64,000 nucleotides of DNA from positions 704,001 to 768,000 of the forward strand of contig CAWFSF010000002.1 of assembly GCA_963818475.1 (NCBI GenBank), given 5' to 3'. The stretch is from Nitrospirota bacterium. Lineage in GTDB: Bacteria; Nitrospirota; UBA9217. Shown here in pieces: positions 33,071 through 43,054 of this stretch; positions within the stretch are counted from its first letter, which is position 1, and each line of letters opens with the position of its first letter. The notes under the pieces are model-generated. The model saw only the letters and a list, made by a program, of their open reading frames with translations. It was not told the DNA's origin and made no database searches. The position numbers and the translations under genes were made by a program.

Positions 33071-33276
33071 GGTTATAGTTTCCCTATTGTTATCATTTTT
33101 AGACGATTTTGTCAACTATATTTCTGTTTTTCTTACGATAATGTCTAAAAAATAATTAACACAATAAATACACTTGAGAGCTCATCAAATTGTTAAAATT
33201 GAATTGTAATGCTAGCGTGATCTGAATATACTCAAGTTGATGAAAGCATTCTGAAACAATGCGAAGACTCAGGGAC

Positions 33277-34960
33277 ATCCTATAGCCCCCTTGTCAAGTG
33301 CAACTTGCTTTCGCTGAAATTCCAATACGATAACTGACGGTTTTTCTTGAAGACGCACTTCACCCATGCGTCCTGTTCGGACATCAGCATTTTCTTCGAC
33401 GACTTTCTCACGTAAAGCGAACTTGCTCTCTAAGCGTTATAAATATCCGGCGTGCCGTTGCCGCCAAGCATCCCTTATCCAGATTCTCAAGTTCTATGAG
33501 AGGCCCTGTATTGTCCCTCACGAGGTCATTCGCCTCAACGTTGTGTCCCGGGCTCTCTACGTCGAAATTCAATTTTCAGTCCGGCCTATGCCTTACTACC
33601 CCCCTGGCTGAGGTATTTCGGGTCGAATGTTTCTTTTTTCTTCATGAGCGTCCAAGCGATGATCAACAGTTTTGCTGCCAGTTTCACCCGCATCTTGGTG
33701 CCAATCCCTTTTTCCCGCTCCCGTCCCTTTATCTTATTCGTGTGGTAGACGATGAACTCTTTATAGTTGAGCGAACTGATGATCGCCGCCTGATACAGTG
33801 CGTAGCGGAGATCGGATTTTCCGTGTTTTGAGATCACAGGCGTGGAGCTGTTTGACGTTTTTCCGCTTCGGCTCGCGCACAGATCGAATCCGGCCATCTT
33901 CAATACCTGCTTACCGTTCGTAAAGCGTTCGGGATCGCCGATGGCAGCCAGGACCTTGGAAGACACATCCGGACCGAACCCGGGAATCATGAGAAGGAAC
34001 GAGTACTCCGGAAACTTCAGGCAAATATCCTCGATCTTATCTTCAACGGTCTTGATCGTCTCCCGGACTTGGTGAAGTCCCATCACCATGATCTGTGCTT
34101 CCACGGACACCGCTTCTCCGACGATGCAGCCAATGGACTGCTTGGCAGCCCGCCATATCTGCGTAAGCCGCCGCTGCTGCGCCATATTCACCTTGCCGGG
34201 CGATACCGTCCGGCAGAACTCGTCGTATTCCATAAGGGAGATAAGCGAGGGATCCATGCATCGCTGGACCACGTTCAGACTCGCTACCGAACCGAAGTGC
34301 TGGTCCATTTCCGGGAAGTACTGGGCCAGAAGCTGATTGCGGATGCGGACCCGGAGACCGTGCTCCTCTTTTTTGAGCCGTTTCTTTAAGGACAACAGCC
34401 CCCGCAAGGACCGCAGATCCTCCCCCGGGCAGTCGTAGTACAGGCATTTTCCCAGGGAGATTAGGTCGGCGACATTCGCGGCATCTTTGGTGTCGTGCTT
34501 ATCCCATCGGCCATCCATAAGCTCACGGTTCTTTGACGTGGCTGCAGCAGATACCAGAACAACCAAGTGTCCGCCCTTGATGAGATATTCTCCCAGGGGT
34601 TTATGATAATTGGCCGTGGGTTCCAGTCCGAAAACTACTTTGCGCAGGCCATGCTGCACCTTGAGCGCGTCCGTTTGGATCAGGAGCTTTTGGAAACCAT
34701 CGTACGTATTATCAAAGAACATCCCTTTGTGCAGTGTCCTACCGGTCGCGGTGCCAAAGAAGGCATTATGCCGTTCCTTGGCGACATCAAGTCCTACGAC
34801 CAAATACTGCGTCGAACCGCGAATCTCTTTCTTGAATTGACAAAATTCCTGCAGCCTGATACCATCTGAATCATTCATGAGAGGCCTCCTGTGCGAGAAT
34901 TTAGTTTCGGGATAAACTTATTCTTAGCAGGAGGCTTCTCTTTTTGCTAGCTTATAAGAT
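33277..34960 (-). mobile_element. IS110-family (IS1111-like) insertion sequence, ends inferred
   Basis: Transposase with short 5' and ~300 bp 3' non-coding ends; outward -35 at one end and a -10-like hexamer at the other; shared AT dinucleotide at both inferred ends. Confidence 0.65.
33586..34878 (-). CDS. IS110-family recombinase/transposase
   Basis: DEDD RuvC-like motifs GLDVAK, LEPT, KHDTKDA; IPGFG; SRSGK; LRYALY. Confidence 0.93.
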   Translation of the reverse strand: MNDSDGIRLQEFCQFKKEIRGSTQYLVVGLDVAKERHNAFFGTATGRTLHKGMFFDNTYDGFQKLLIQTDALKVQHGLRKVVFGLEPTANYHKPLGEYLIKGGHLVVLVSAAATSKNRELMDGRWDKHDTKDAANVADLISLGKCLYYDCPGEDLRSLRGLLSLKKRLKKEEHGLRVRIRNQLLAQYFPEMDQHFGSVASLNVVQRCMDPSLISLMEYDEFCRTVSPGKVNMAQQRRLTQIWRAAKQSIGCIVGEAVSVEAQIMVMGLHQVRETIKTVEDKIEDICLKFPEYSFLLMIPGFGPDVSSKVLAAIGDPERFTNGKQVLKMAGFDLCASRSGKTSNSSTPVISKHGKSDLRYALYQAAIISSLNYKEFIVYHTNKIKGREREKGIGTKMRVKLAAKLLIIAWTLMKKKETFDPKYLSQGGSKA

Positions 34961-35452
34961 AATTTTCTTTCAGCTATACTGATCGTTTGATCTATTCGCT
35001 TAATGATATATAACGTTGACACGCGACGAACCCTAATATACGACTCAGTGCGACGTTCATGCGCAAGTTACAGCTACAATATCACACCTCTTCCAGTCGA
35101 TCATGTCTGCACAGTTGTAGGTGAAGCTCGGAGTACCTGGATTACTGATGACGCGACTAATTCCGTCCATCTAATAACGGCAGCTTGAATCGTCGGGAAT
35201 CGGAGCGAGCACGATGAGTAGCCCACGCACCATCATCTTTACGCAAGACAGCCCGTTCTTCTAAATGGTCACGGCATTCCTGGCGGCAACCGCGGGAATA
35301 GGGTCCGTTTTCGAAAAGGATGCCTTCAAATATGAAGCACAGCAAGCCCTGACCTCAAACCAGCCAAATTATCAAACCCCTTGACAACCTGCACCCGGTA
35401 TAGGTATATATAGTCTGCTTCAAAAGCACAACAACACAGAACGAGGTGACCC

Positions 35453-37360
35453 ATGGCTGTAGAAAAAATGGAGTTCAAGACCGAAGTAAAAGAGCTGCTG
35501 GACCTCATGATCCACTCGCTCTATTCCCATAAGGAGATCTTCCTGCGGGAGCTCATCTCGAACGCTTCCGACGCCATCGACAAGGCGCGCTACGAATCGC
35601 TCACGAACAAGGAGATCTTCGGGAACACGGGCGAATGGAAGATCAAGATCATCGTGGACAAGGCCGCCGGCACGCTTACGGTGAGCGACAACGGCATCGG
35701 CATGACCCACGACGAAGTGATCGCCGAGCTCGGCACGATCGCGCACTCGGGCACCAAGGACTTTCTGCGGGCGCTCAAGGGCAAGGAGCTGAAGGACAAG
35801 CCCGAGCTGATCGGGCAGTTCGGCGTGGGCTTCTATTCCTCCTTCATGGTGGCCGACAAGGTGACGGTGATCACGCGCAAAGCGACCGAGAAGACGAAGA
35901 AGGCGGTGAAATGGGAATCCACGGCTGACGGTTCCTTCATCATCGACGAGGCTGAAAAGGAACGTGCCGGGACCGACGTGGTCCTGCACCTCAAATCAGA
36001 GGACAAGAACTATCTGAACGAGTGGGAGATCAAGACGATCATCCGCAAATACTCCGACTACATCGAGCATCCCGTGGTCATGGACATCGAGCGGGAAAAG
36101 GAAGACCCGGCTGACAAGGACAAAAAGATCAAGGTCTCCGAAGAAGAGACCATGAACGCGGGCAAGGCCATCTGGCTGAAGGACCCGTCGGAGGTCAAGG
36201 CCGATGAATATAATGAATTTTACAAGCACATCTCGCATGATTTCGGCGACCCGGCAAAGGTCATCCATTTCCGCGCCGAGGGCACGTCGGAGTTCACGGC
36301 GCTGCTCTATGTTCCGTCCAAGGCGCCCTACGGCATCCTGTACAAGGACTACAAGATCGGGCCGACCCTGTATGTCAAACGGGTCCAGATCATGGACCAC
36401 TGCGAGCAGCTCATTCCCGAGTATCTGCGCTTTGTAAAGGGCGTGGTGGACTCATCGGACCTTCCGCTGAACGTATCGCGCGAGATCCTGCAGTCCAACA
36501 AGCACGTGGAGGTCATCAAAAAGAACGTCGTGAAAAAGGTCCTCGACACCCTGGCGGACATGAAGAAGAACGACCCTGACGCCTACCTCAATTTTCACAA
36601 GGAGTTCGGCAGGGTCCTGAAGGAAGGCATCCATTTCGATTTTTCCCGCAAAGAGCAGATCGCGGACCTGCTCCTGTTCCCGTCCATCAAGACCGAGGCG
36701 GGCAAATTCACGACCTTCGACGACTATGTGAAGAACATGCCGCTGGCGCAGACCGAGATCTATTACATCACGGGCAAACCCGACGAGAACGTGCTGCAGT
36801 CGCCCTACCTCGAAGCGTTCCGCGGCAAGGGCTACGATGTTCTGATCATGACCGATGACATCGACGACATCATCATGAGCGGGCTGCAGGAGTACAAGGG
36901 CAAGAAGATCAAGTCCGTGATCAAGGGCGACATCAGCCTCGACAAGACCGAGCAGGCTGAGAAGGAAAAGTCGAAGGAGAAGTTCGAGAAGCTGCTGGCC
37001 CGGATCAAGGAACAGTTGAAGGACGAGGTAAAGGACGTGCGGCTTTCGGGGAGGCTCACGGACTCCGCCTGCTGCCTGGTCGCCGACGAAGGCGGCCTCG
37101 ATCCGCAGATGGAAAAAATGCTGCGCGCCATGGGGCAGGACGTTCCGTCCAGCAAGCGGGTCCTGGAGATCAACCCTACCCACGGAGTCTTCGAGGTCAT
37201 GAACAGGATCCTTGAAAATGGCGGGCAGGACGACATCATAAAGGAATATACGGACCTGCTGTACAACCAGGCGCTGCTGCTCGAAGGATCGAAGCTCAAA
37301 GACCCGGCAGGCTTCGCAAAATCAGTAGCAAAGCTGATGCTCGATAATGTGACGCGGTAA
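35453..37360 (+). CDS. htpG: Chaperone HtpG (Hsp90)
   Basis: FLRELISNASDA, DNGIGM, IGQFGVGFYS, LPLNVSRE, LEINP. Confidence 0.97.
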   Translation: MAVEKMEFKTEVKELLDLMIHSLYSHKEIFLRELISNASDAIDKARYESLTNKEIFGNTGEWKIKIIVDKAAGTLTVSDNGIGMTHDEVIAELGTIAHSGTKDFLRALKGKELKDKPELIGQFGVGFYSSFMVADKVTVITRKATEKTKKAVKWESTADGSFIIDEAEKERAGTDVVLHLKSEDKNYLNEWEIKTIIRKYSDYIEHPVVMDIEREKEDPADKDKKIKVSEEETMNAGKAIWLKDPSEVKADEYNEFYKHISHDFGDPAKVIHFRAEGTSEFTALLYVPSKAPYGILYKDYKIGPTLYVKRVQIMDHCEQLIPEYLRFVKGVVDSSDLPLNVSREILQSNKHVEVIKKNVVKKVLDTLADMKKNDPDAYLNFHKEFGRVLKEGIHFDFSRKEQIADLLLFPSIKTEAGKFTTFDDYVKNMPLAQTEIYYITGKPDENVLQSPYLEAFRGKGYDVLIMTDDIDDIIMSGLQEYKGKKIKSVIKGDISLDKTEQAEKEKSKEKFEKLLARIKEQLKDEVKDVRLSGRLTDSACCLVADEGGLDPQMEKMLRAMGQDVPSSKRVLEINPTHGVFEVMNRILENGGQDDIIKEYTDLLYNQALLLEGSKLKDPAGFAKSVAKLMLDNVTR

Positions 37361-37613
37361 AAACCGGAAGCGCGGCTGGTACCATTGAAAACAAAAGCAC
37401 CTCTTCGCGATCAGCATGGCAGGGGTGCTTTTCTTTTGTCTTTATGTAACTATTCAGCACATCTGAACCTGGAAGGGTATTACGTCGGAGAAAAACCGTT
37501 TATCCGCAGATTTCCGAAGCAGATTCAGGCCTGGTTTAATCTGTGAAATCTGCGTAATTTGGAATTTTTAAGTAAGGGCGGGTTTCAAAACCCGCCCAAG
37601 CGAAAACGGAAGG

Positions 37614-38201
37614 ATGGTAAACATGTTGCCCGAGATCTGCGTCAGTCTGCCACCTTGGGTCGAACAGTTCATTGCCGCGTCTCCGGGCGTGTACCGGGAT
37701 GCGGAAGAGCAGATGCGCTTTGTCATCGCGCTGGCCCGTGAGAATGTGCGGCATGGGACCGGCGGCCCTTTCGCCGCGGCGGTCTTTGACGGGAAGGGCC
37801 GTCTCGTTGCACCGGGGATAAACCTGGTGACTGCCGCGAACTGTTCCGTGCTCCATGCGGAGATCGTCGCGCTTATGCTTGCTCAAAAATCCCTTGCACG
37901 GTACGACCTGGGCGACGGCGGCAAACAGCGCTTCGACCTGGTGGCAACCACGGAACCCTGCGCCATGTGCTTTGGGGCAGTGCCCTGGTCGGGCGTGCAG
38001 CAGTTGGTCTGCGGAGCGCGTGACGAGGATGCGCGGGCCATCGGTTTTGATGAAGGGCCTAAACTTCCGGACTGGGTGTCCGCGTTGAACAGCCGCGGGA
38101 TCACGGTGCAGTGCGATGTGCTCAGGGAGGAAGCAGCAGCAGTGCTTCGGGAATACGTTGCCGCTGGCGGGGTGATCTATAATGCCGGGCGTCCTACTTA
38201 A
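37614..38201 (+). CDS. Nucleoside/guanine deaminase-family protein
   Basis: GGPFAA, HAE, EPCAMC, GFDEG. Confidence 0.88.
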   Translation: MVNMLPEICVSLPPWVEQFIAASPGVYRDAEEQMRFVIALARENVRHGTGGPFAAAVFDGKGRLVAPGINLVTAANCSVLHAEIVALMLAQKSLARYDLGDGGKQRFDLVATTEPCAMCFGAVPWSGVQQLVCGARDEDARAIGFDEGPKLPDWVSALNSRGITVQCDVLREEAAAVLREYVAAGGVIYNAGRPT

Positions 38202-39796
38202 TCCGCTTCTTCGGTATCAAGAAGTTCTTTTCGCGAAGGTATCATATCGTTCTTCTTCCTTACGACCACAACGGTCTCGGCGGCAAGATCTCCAAGCCGC
38301 TGCCACTTGAGCGTCCCTGCCAGGCAAACCGCTGACACCAGATAATAAAAAAAACCGTCCACGATGCGCAGCAGGTTCCGGAGAAATCCCGCGCCGATCC
38401 CGTTGGGGGTGAAGTCCGCTTTCAGGACCATGATATTGCACAGGCGTTTGCCCAGGGTCGCGCCGAGCATGCCCTCCAGCAGGGAGTGGTACAGGAAGCC
38501 GCCGATAAAATAGAACAGCACGGTACTGAAGATCAGAATGATGAACCGGACAGGATGGTGCGACATCCCGTCCCTGGTCACGAACAGCGCGATCGCGAGT
38601 GCGGGCGGAAGCAGGAGGAATAGCGTGTCCAGCAGAAAGGCCGCGAACCTGCGGAACAGGCTGGCAAACTCATACTCGATGCCGTTCTCCGTCCAGGTGC
38701 GCTTCTTGTACCGGCGGATCAACGTCGAGAAACCGAAGATGGCAAGGATGACCATCAGATTCGCGCAGACAACGATCAGCGCCACAATGCGCATGATGCG
38801 GGACGGGTTGAAAGCGCCATCGAGACGGACCGGATCCACGAGTACGTTGTTCTCGACCGTGTACAGGTTCTGGGAGAAAGGCTGCTGCAGAAGAAGCATC
38901 GGCTTTCCCTGATGCAGGAATGCGTTCCAGGTTGTGAGGCCGTTCTTGACAGGAAGCTGTGTCGGGCCGGACCAGGAGTTCTTCTCAAAAACATAGTAGT
39001 TGAGCGCCTGGTCAACGCCGCCCTGTTCGCGGCTGAAAAAATGGATCCGCTGCTCGTCCGCGGCCACCTGAAAGGATCCGGAAAAAGGTGCGAAGGCAGC
39101 AGGCGACCAGGTCGAGCCGTTCCAGATAGTCCAGGCGATGGTATTCCGGCCGGACCAGAAAAGACAGAGCCGTCCCTGGTGCCAGGCGAGCTCCATCTGC
39201 TGGAACAGCGGCTCCTGGCCGCCCTGGAGCAATTCGTCCGGGAAGGGGATGGTCGCTGCGATGCTGTCCCGGATCTGCGTGATTGCGATCTTGTCGCTGA
39301 AGCTGCTGAGAACGAACAATCCGCCTGGCGTGGTGATCCCTTTGGGGCAGCTCCCGATGCCGTTGGTCCGCACCTCGGTCCAGGCGGTCCCGTCATAGGT
39401 CCGGTACATTCCGCTGCTGAACAAAACGATCCTGCCGCCGGAGCCGCTGGCGGACCCATAGGGAAGGATCTCCTCAGGCCGTACTGCATTTGCTCCTTCA
39501 AGAACAGAAAGAACGTGTCTGGTCTCGGGCTCCTGCTTGTTCTTTAGGGAGACCTTGCTCATGTCGATCTTCTGCGAAAGGAGATATATGCGGTTGCCGT
39601 CGGACAGGGCGCCCGTCGTCATGGATTGCAGGGGCAGCATGTTAAACAGGAGGCCGGGCCTGAAGATCATGGTGATGAAGAACAGGGCATAGAAGGCGCC
39701 GAAGGCTCCCAAACCGAGGACTCCCACAGCGATGGCAAGATTTCTGTTGGTCTGTTTTTCTTTTTCCTGTTCAGGCAGGGAAGGGTCTTCGTTCAT
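38198..39796 (-). CDS. RDD-family membrane protein with a large extracytoplasmic domain
   Basis: C-terminal RRFAAFLLD, GATLGK, QRLGDLAA; N-terminal TM. Confidence 0.8.
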   Translation of the reverse strand: MNEDPSLPEQEKEKQTNRNLAIAVGVLGLGAFGAFYALFFITMIFRPGLLFNMLPLQSMTTGALSDGNRIYLLSQKIDMSKVSLKNKQEPETRHVLSVLEGANAVRPEEILPYGSASGSGGRIVLFSSGMYRTYDGTAWTEVRTNGIGSCPKGITTPGGLFVLSSFSDKIAITQIRDSIAATIPFPDELLQGGQEPLFQQMELAWHQGRLCLFWSGRNTIAWTIWNGSTWSPAAFAPFSGSFQVAADEQRIHFFSREQGGVDQALNYYVFEKNSWSGPTQLPVKNGLTTWNAFLHQGKPMLLLQQPFSQNLYTVENNVLVDPVRLDGAFNPSRIMRIVALIVVCANLMVILAIFGFSTLIRRYKKRTWTENGIEYEFASLFRRFAAFLLDTLFLLLPPALAIALFVTRDGMSHHPVRFIILIFSTVLFYFIGGFLYHSLLEGMLGATLGKRLCNIMVLKADFTPNGIGAGFLRNLLRIVDGFFYYLVSAVCLAGTLKWQRLGDLAAETVVVVRKKNDMIPSRKELLDTEEAD

Positions 39797-40083
39797 GGCC
39801 GTCCTAGTAAGAGGTTCAGCTGCGCATTTTTACTGGAAAGACAGTACCGCACCTGCGAAGAAATTGCAAGAAATTCAGCAGGGTATTTTAAGGGTAATGG
39901 GCGCCTGAGCCCGGTGGCTTGAAAGTGAGGGGCACCGGGCCGCGAGGATGACGCTCATCATACTGATATGCATCATAACGTCGGCGCTCGAAAAGGCGGA
40001 TACTGTATACATCAACCGCTCATCAACACAGGCTGCGCGGATATCTGGTACACTAATACTATTCATAGAATCAGGGAGGGACC

Positions 40084-41547
40084 ATGGAACTGAGCCCAAA
40101 AACAAAGATCGACGACCTGCTGAAGGACTACCCTTTCCTGCTGGACTATCTTGTCAGCAGGTCTCCGTCGTTCAGTCTGCTCAAGAACCCGGTCATGCGA
40201 AAGACCGTGGGCAAAATGGCGACCCTGGCGCAGGCCTCGGCGCTCGGCGCTGTTCCGATCGAAACACTGCTTGCCGATCTTGCAGCGGAGATCAGGGCAA
40301 AGACCGGGTCAGAGGTCGTGGTCAACCGGGAGGGAGGCGGGACTGTCGAGGCGCTCGCTGATGACAAAGCGCGCCAGGCAGTGCTGAAGGGGATCATCCG
40401 CGACCTGCACAAGGGCGTTGATATGGCCGTGCTCAAGAAACGCTTCCACGAGCTCATCAAGGACATCGATGCCTCCGAGATCGCCCATATGGAACAGCAG
40501 CTCATGAACGAAGGCATGCCCGAGAGCGAAGTGCGGCGGCTCTGCGACGTGCATGTTGAGGTGTTCAAGGAATCGCTTTCCCAGCAGGATGTGCCTTCGC
40601 TGCCGCCGGGCCATCCGATCAACACCTTTATGCTCGAGAACCGTGCGGCCGAGGGAATCCTCCATGAGCTGGGCCACGCGATCGCGAAGCTCAATGATAC
40701 CCCTGACAAGGAATTCTTTCAGCAACACCAGGCGCAGCTCGCGACGCTTATTGAAAAGCTTTCGCAGATCGATCTCCATTATCTGCGAAAAGAGAACCAG
40801 CTTTTCCCGATCCTCGAAAAGCACAGCATTACCGCGCCGTCGCAGGTCATGTGGGCGCTCCATGACGATATCCGCACGGCGCTCAAGTCCAGCCGCGCAG
40901 GGGTCCGGGACGCGCAGGTGCCCGAGGTGTTCAACAGCATCAGATACGCCCTGAAAAGCATTGCAGACATGATCTATAAAGAGGAGCACATTCTCTTCCC
41001 CATGGCAAAAGATCTGCTGACCGATGAGGAGTGGCTCGCGGTCAGGAGCGGCGAGGCTGAGGTGGGGTACGCCTGGATCACGCCTGGCACAGGCTGGATG
41101 CCCGGTGTTACGACCCCGGCAACGAGCGCAGCGCCCCGGCAGGATCTGCCCCTCGATACGGGCCATCTTTCGCTTACGCAGCTGAACCTGATGTTGAAAC
41201 ACCTGCCGATCGATATCTCGTTCGTGAACGAGCAGGACGAGGTGCTCTACTATTCAGCGCTCAAAGAGCGGCTCTTTCCGCGGAGCCCCGGCGTGATCGG
41301 CAGAAAGGTCCAGAACTGCCATCCCCCGAAAAGCATGAACATGGTGCAGAAGATCCTGGACGAGTTCAAGGCCGGGAGGCGCGATACCGCGGACTTCTGG
41401 ATCCAGATGAAAGGCAAGTTCATCCTGATCCGTTACTTTGCCGTGCGCGACGACCAGGGTGCGTACCAGGGAACGCTTGAAGTAAGCCAGGACGTGACGG
41501 ACATCAAAAAGCTTGAAGGGCAGAAGCGGCTGCTGGACTGGGATTAG
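40084..41547 (+). CDS. DUF438 / hemerythrin-like / PAS-domain protein
   Basis: LCDVH, GHP..TF..EN, HYLRKENQLFP, MWALHDDIR, KEE.ILFP, IGRKVQNCHPPKS. Confidence 0.85.
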   Translation: MELSPKTKIDDLLKDYPFLLDYLVSRSPSFSLLKNPVMRKTVGKMATLAQASALGAVPIETLLADLAAEIRAKTGSEVVVNREGGGTVEALADDKARQAVLKGIIRDLHKGVDMAVLKKRFHELIKDIDASEIAHMEQQLMNEGMPESEVRRLCDVHVEVFKESLSQQDVPSLPPGHPINTFMLENRAAEGILHELGHAIAKLNDTPDKEFFQQHQAQLATLIEKLSQIDLHYLRKENQLFPILEKHSITAPSQVMWALHDDIRTALKSSRAGVRDAQVPEVFNSIRYALKSIADMIYKEEHILFPMAKDLLTDEEWLAVRSGEAEVGYAWITPGTGWMPGVTTPATSAAPRQDLPLDTGHLSLTQLNLMLKHLPIDISFVNEQDEVLYYSALKERLFPRSPGVIGRKVQNCHPPKSMNMVQKILDEFKAGRRDTADFWIQMKGKFILIRYFAVRDDQGAYQGTLEVSQDVTDIKKLEGQKRLLDWD

Positions 41548-41759
41548 ATGCTCAACTGCACTAAGCCAAAACAGTTTTCCCGCAGAGACGCAGAGGCGCA
41601 GAGAAAGCTTGAGAAACGGTTGTCAATTCCTGAGACTCGTTTTCCCTGCGGCTCAGCGCCTCAGCGGGAGACAGGTCCTGTTTTTGGTCCCGGCCGGGTC
41701 AACAGCATCCTATGATCCAGATCATGGACGTCCTTTTCTTCAGGATGTATGATGGGAAC

Positions 41760-42014
41760 ATGAAAAACATTGTTCTCGCCAGCTCAGCCCTGATCGTCCT
41801 TCTCTGCGCGGCCCAACCCGCCGCAGCTGCCTGCACCGTCTGCCACAGCAAGAATCCGAAGATGGTCAGCATGCATAAGGCGCTGCAGTACAAGGACTGC
41901 TTCAAGTGTCATGGCCCGGCGTCGGACCGGAAAACACCGAACGCCAAAGACGAGATGACGACCGATCCGCTTTGCGCAGGCTGCCATGCAGCAGGAACCA
42001 GCGCCGGTAAGTGA
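41760..42014 (+). CDS. Small triheme c-type cytochrome
   Basis: Signal peptide; CTVCH, CFKCH, CAGCH. Confidence 0.85.
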   Translation: MKNIVLASSALIVLLCAAQPAAAACTVCHSKNPKMVSMHKALQYKDCFKCHGPASDRKTPNAKDEMTTDPLCAGCHAAGTSAGK

Positions 42015-42147
42015 TCGTCCCCAGACCGCCTTCCCGCCGGCACCCTCAAAATTTCTATTCTGAACCTTGCCTTTTGACGCAGCTTGTAGTACGTTCTTAA
42101 TAGGCATTACGGAGGCATCAAACCTATCTGAAGCCGGAAGCGCGCAT

Positions 42148-42933
42148 ATGACGATGAACGGAAAGAACAAAAGCGAGGAAATGAACCGCTTCGTGGTGGT
42201 GGTGGACGGCGACACCAATGATCTGGTCTATACTGCCATCCTGCTCCAGCGCTTTGAGTTCCATGTCTGCACGGCCAGATCCGCGGCCGAAGCCCTGGAA
42301 ATAACCGCGGTCATGCCGCCCGTGCTCGTGGTCGCTTCGCAGGAAGTGCGGGACATGAGCGGCTACGACCTGGTCCTGCGGCTGAGGCTCGACCCGCGGA
42401 CCTCGGAGGTCCCGGTCATCGTCCTCACCCATCCAGGCGACCTGCTGACGGCGCAGCGGTTCCGCGAGGCAGGTGTTGCCGCCTGCCTTGACAAGCCGGT
42501 GCAGGCCGAAACGCTCTACACTGCGGTCCAGGCCGCTGTTGCCAAACCGCGCAAAAACCTGCGCATTACGACCGTGCTGCCGGTGACCGTGAACGGCGCG
42601 CTCCTGCGCAGCAGCGCCGGCGAGTGCGCGACCGTGATCTCGGAGCACGGCATGTACATTCGCACCCTCAAGCCCGCTGCCAAAGGCACCCGCCTTCCCG
42701 TAACGATCCTCATGAAGAACAGGATCATCACGGTGGAAACCATGGTGCTCTATACCTATGGACAGCTCCAGGGCCTGTTCAAGGAGCCGGGGATGGGGCT
42801 TGAGTTCGTCCGCATCGCTCCCGAGGACCGCGAGCTCATCAGACAGTACATTCACGAGGAGATAACGCAAGGCGTGGCGCCGAGCAGCATCGGCCGGCTG
42901 GTGCTCCCGAAGAGGGGCAGCGCCGGGCGATGA
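42148..42933 (+). CDS. Receiver-like domain plus PilZ-like domain protein
   Basis: Receiver fold with KP motif; RKNLR, ISEHGMYI, GMGLEF. Confidence 0.75.
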   Translation: MTMNGKNKSEEMNRFVVVVDGDTNDLVYTAILLQRFEFHVCTARSAAEALEITAVMPPVLVVASQEVRDMSGYDLVLRLRLDPRTSEVPVIVLTHPGDLLTAQRFREAGVAACLDKPVQAETLYTAVQAAVAKPRKNLRITTVLPVTVNGALLRSSAGECATVISEHGMYIRTLKPAAKGTRLPVTILMKNRIITVETMVLYTYGQLQGLFKEPGMGLEFVRIAPEDRELIRQYIHEEITQGVAPSSIGRLVLPKRGSAGR

Positions 42934-43054
42934 AGAATCTGCAGCCATCACCGATACCATGAACTCACCGGAACGAAATAAATAGTGCTGCATTCTGGGA
43001 AGCCCTTCTCACCCGCTCACCTGATAGCGCCCGCAGCGAAAGGGACCATAAACC

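Larger units (their letters stand above)
26480..33270. mobile_element. AT-rich accessory/defence island (boundaries approximate)
   Basis: Abrupt visible drop in GC, seven non-housekeeping genes, broken gene at the left edge, IS110 at the right edge; no integrase seen. Confidence 0.75.

Noticed and set aside
34961-35345. Short ORFs between the IS and htpG
   Set aside because: No recognisable motif or RBS; probably degraded island remnant
29835-37360. Functional link between the HD protein and htpG (HD-Hsp90 conflict systems)
   Set aside because: htpG is a canonical GC-rich gene on the opposite strand, separated from the island by the IS
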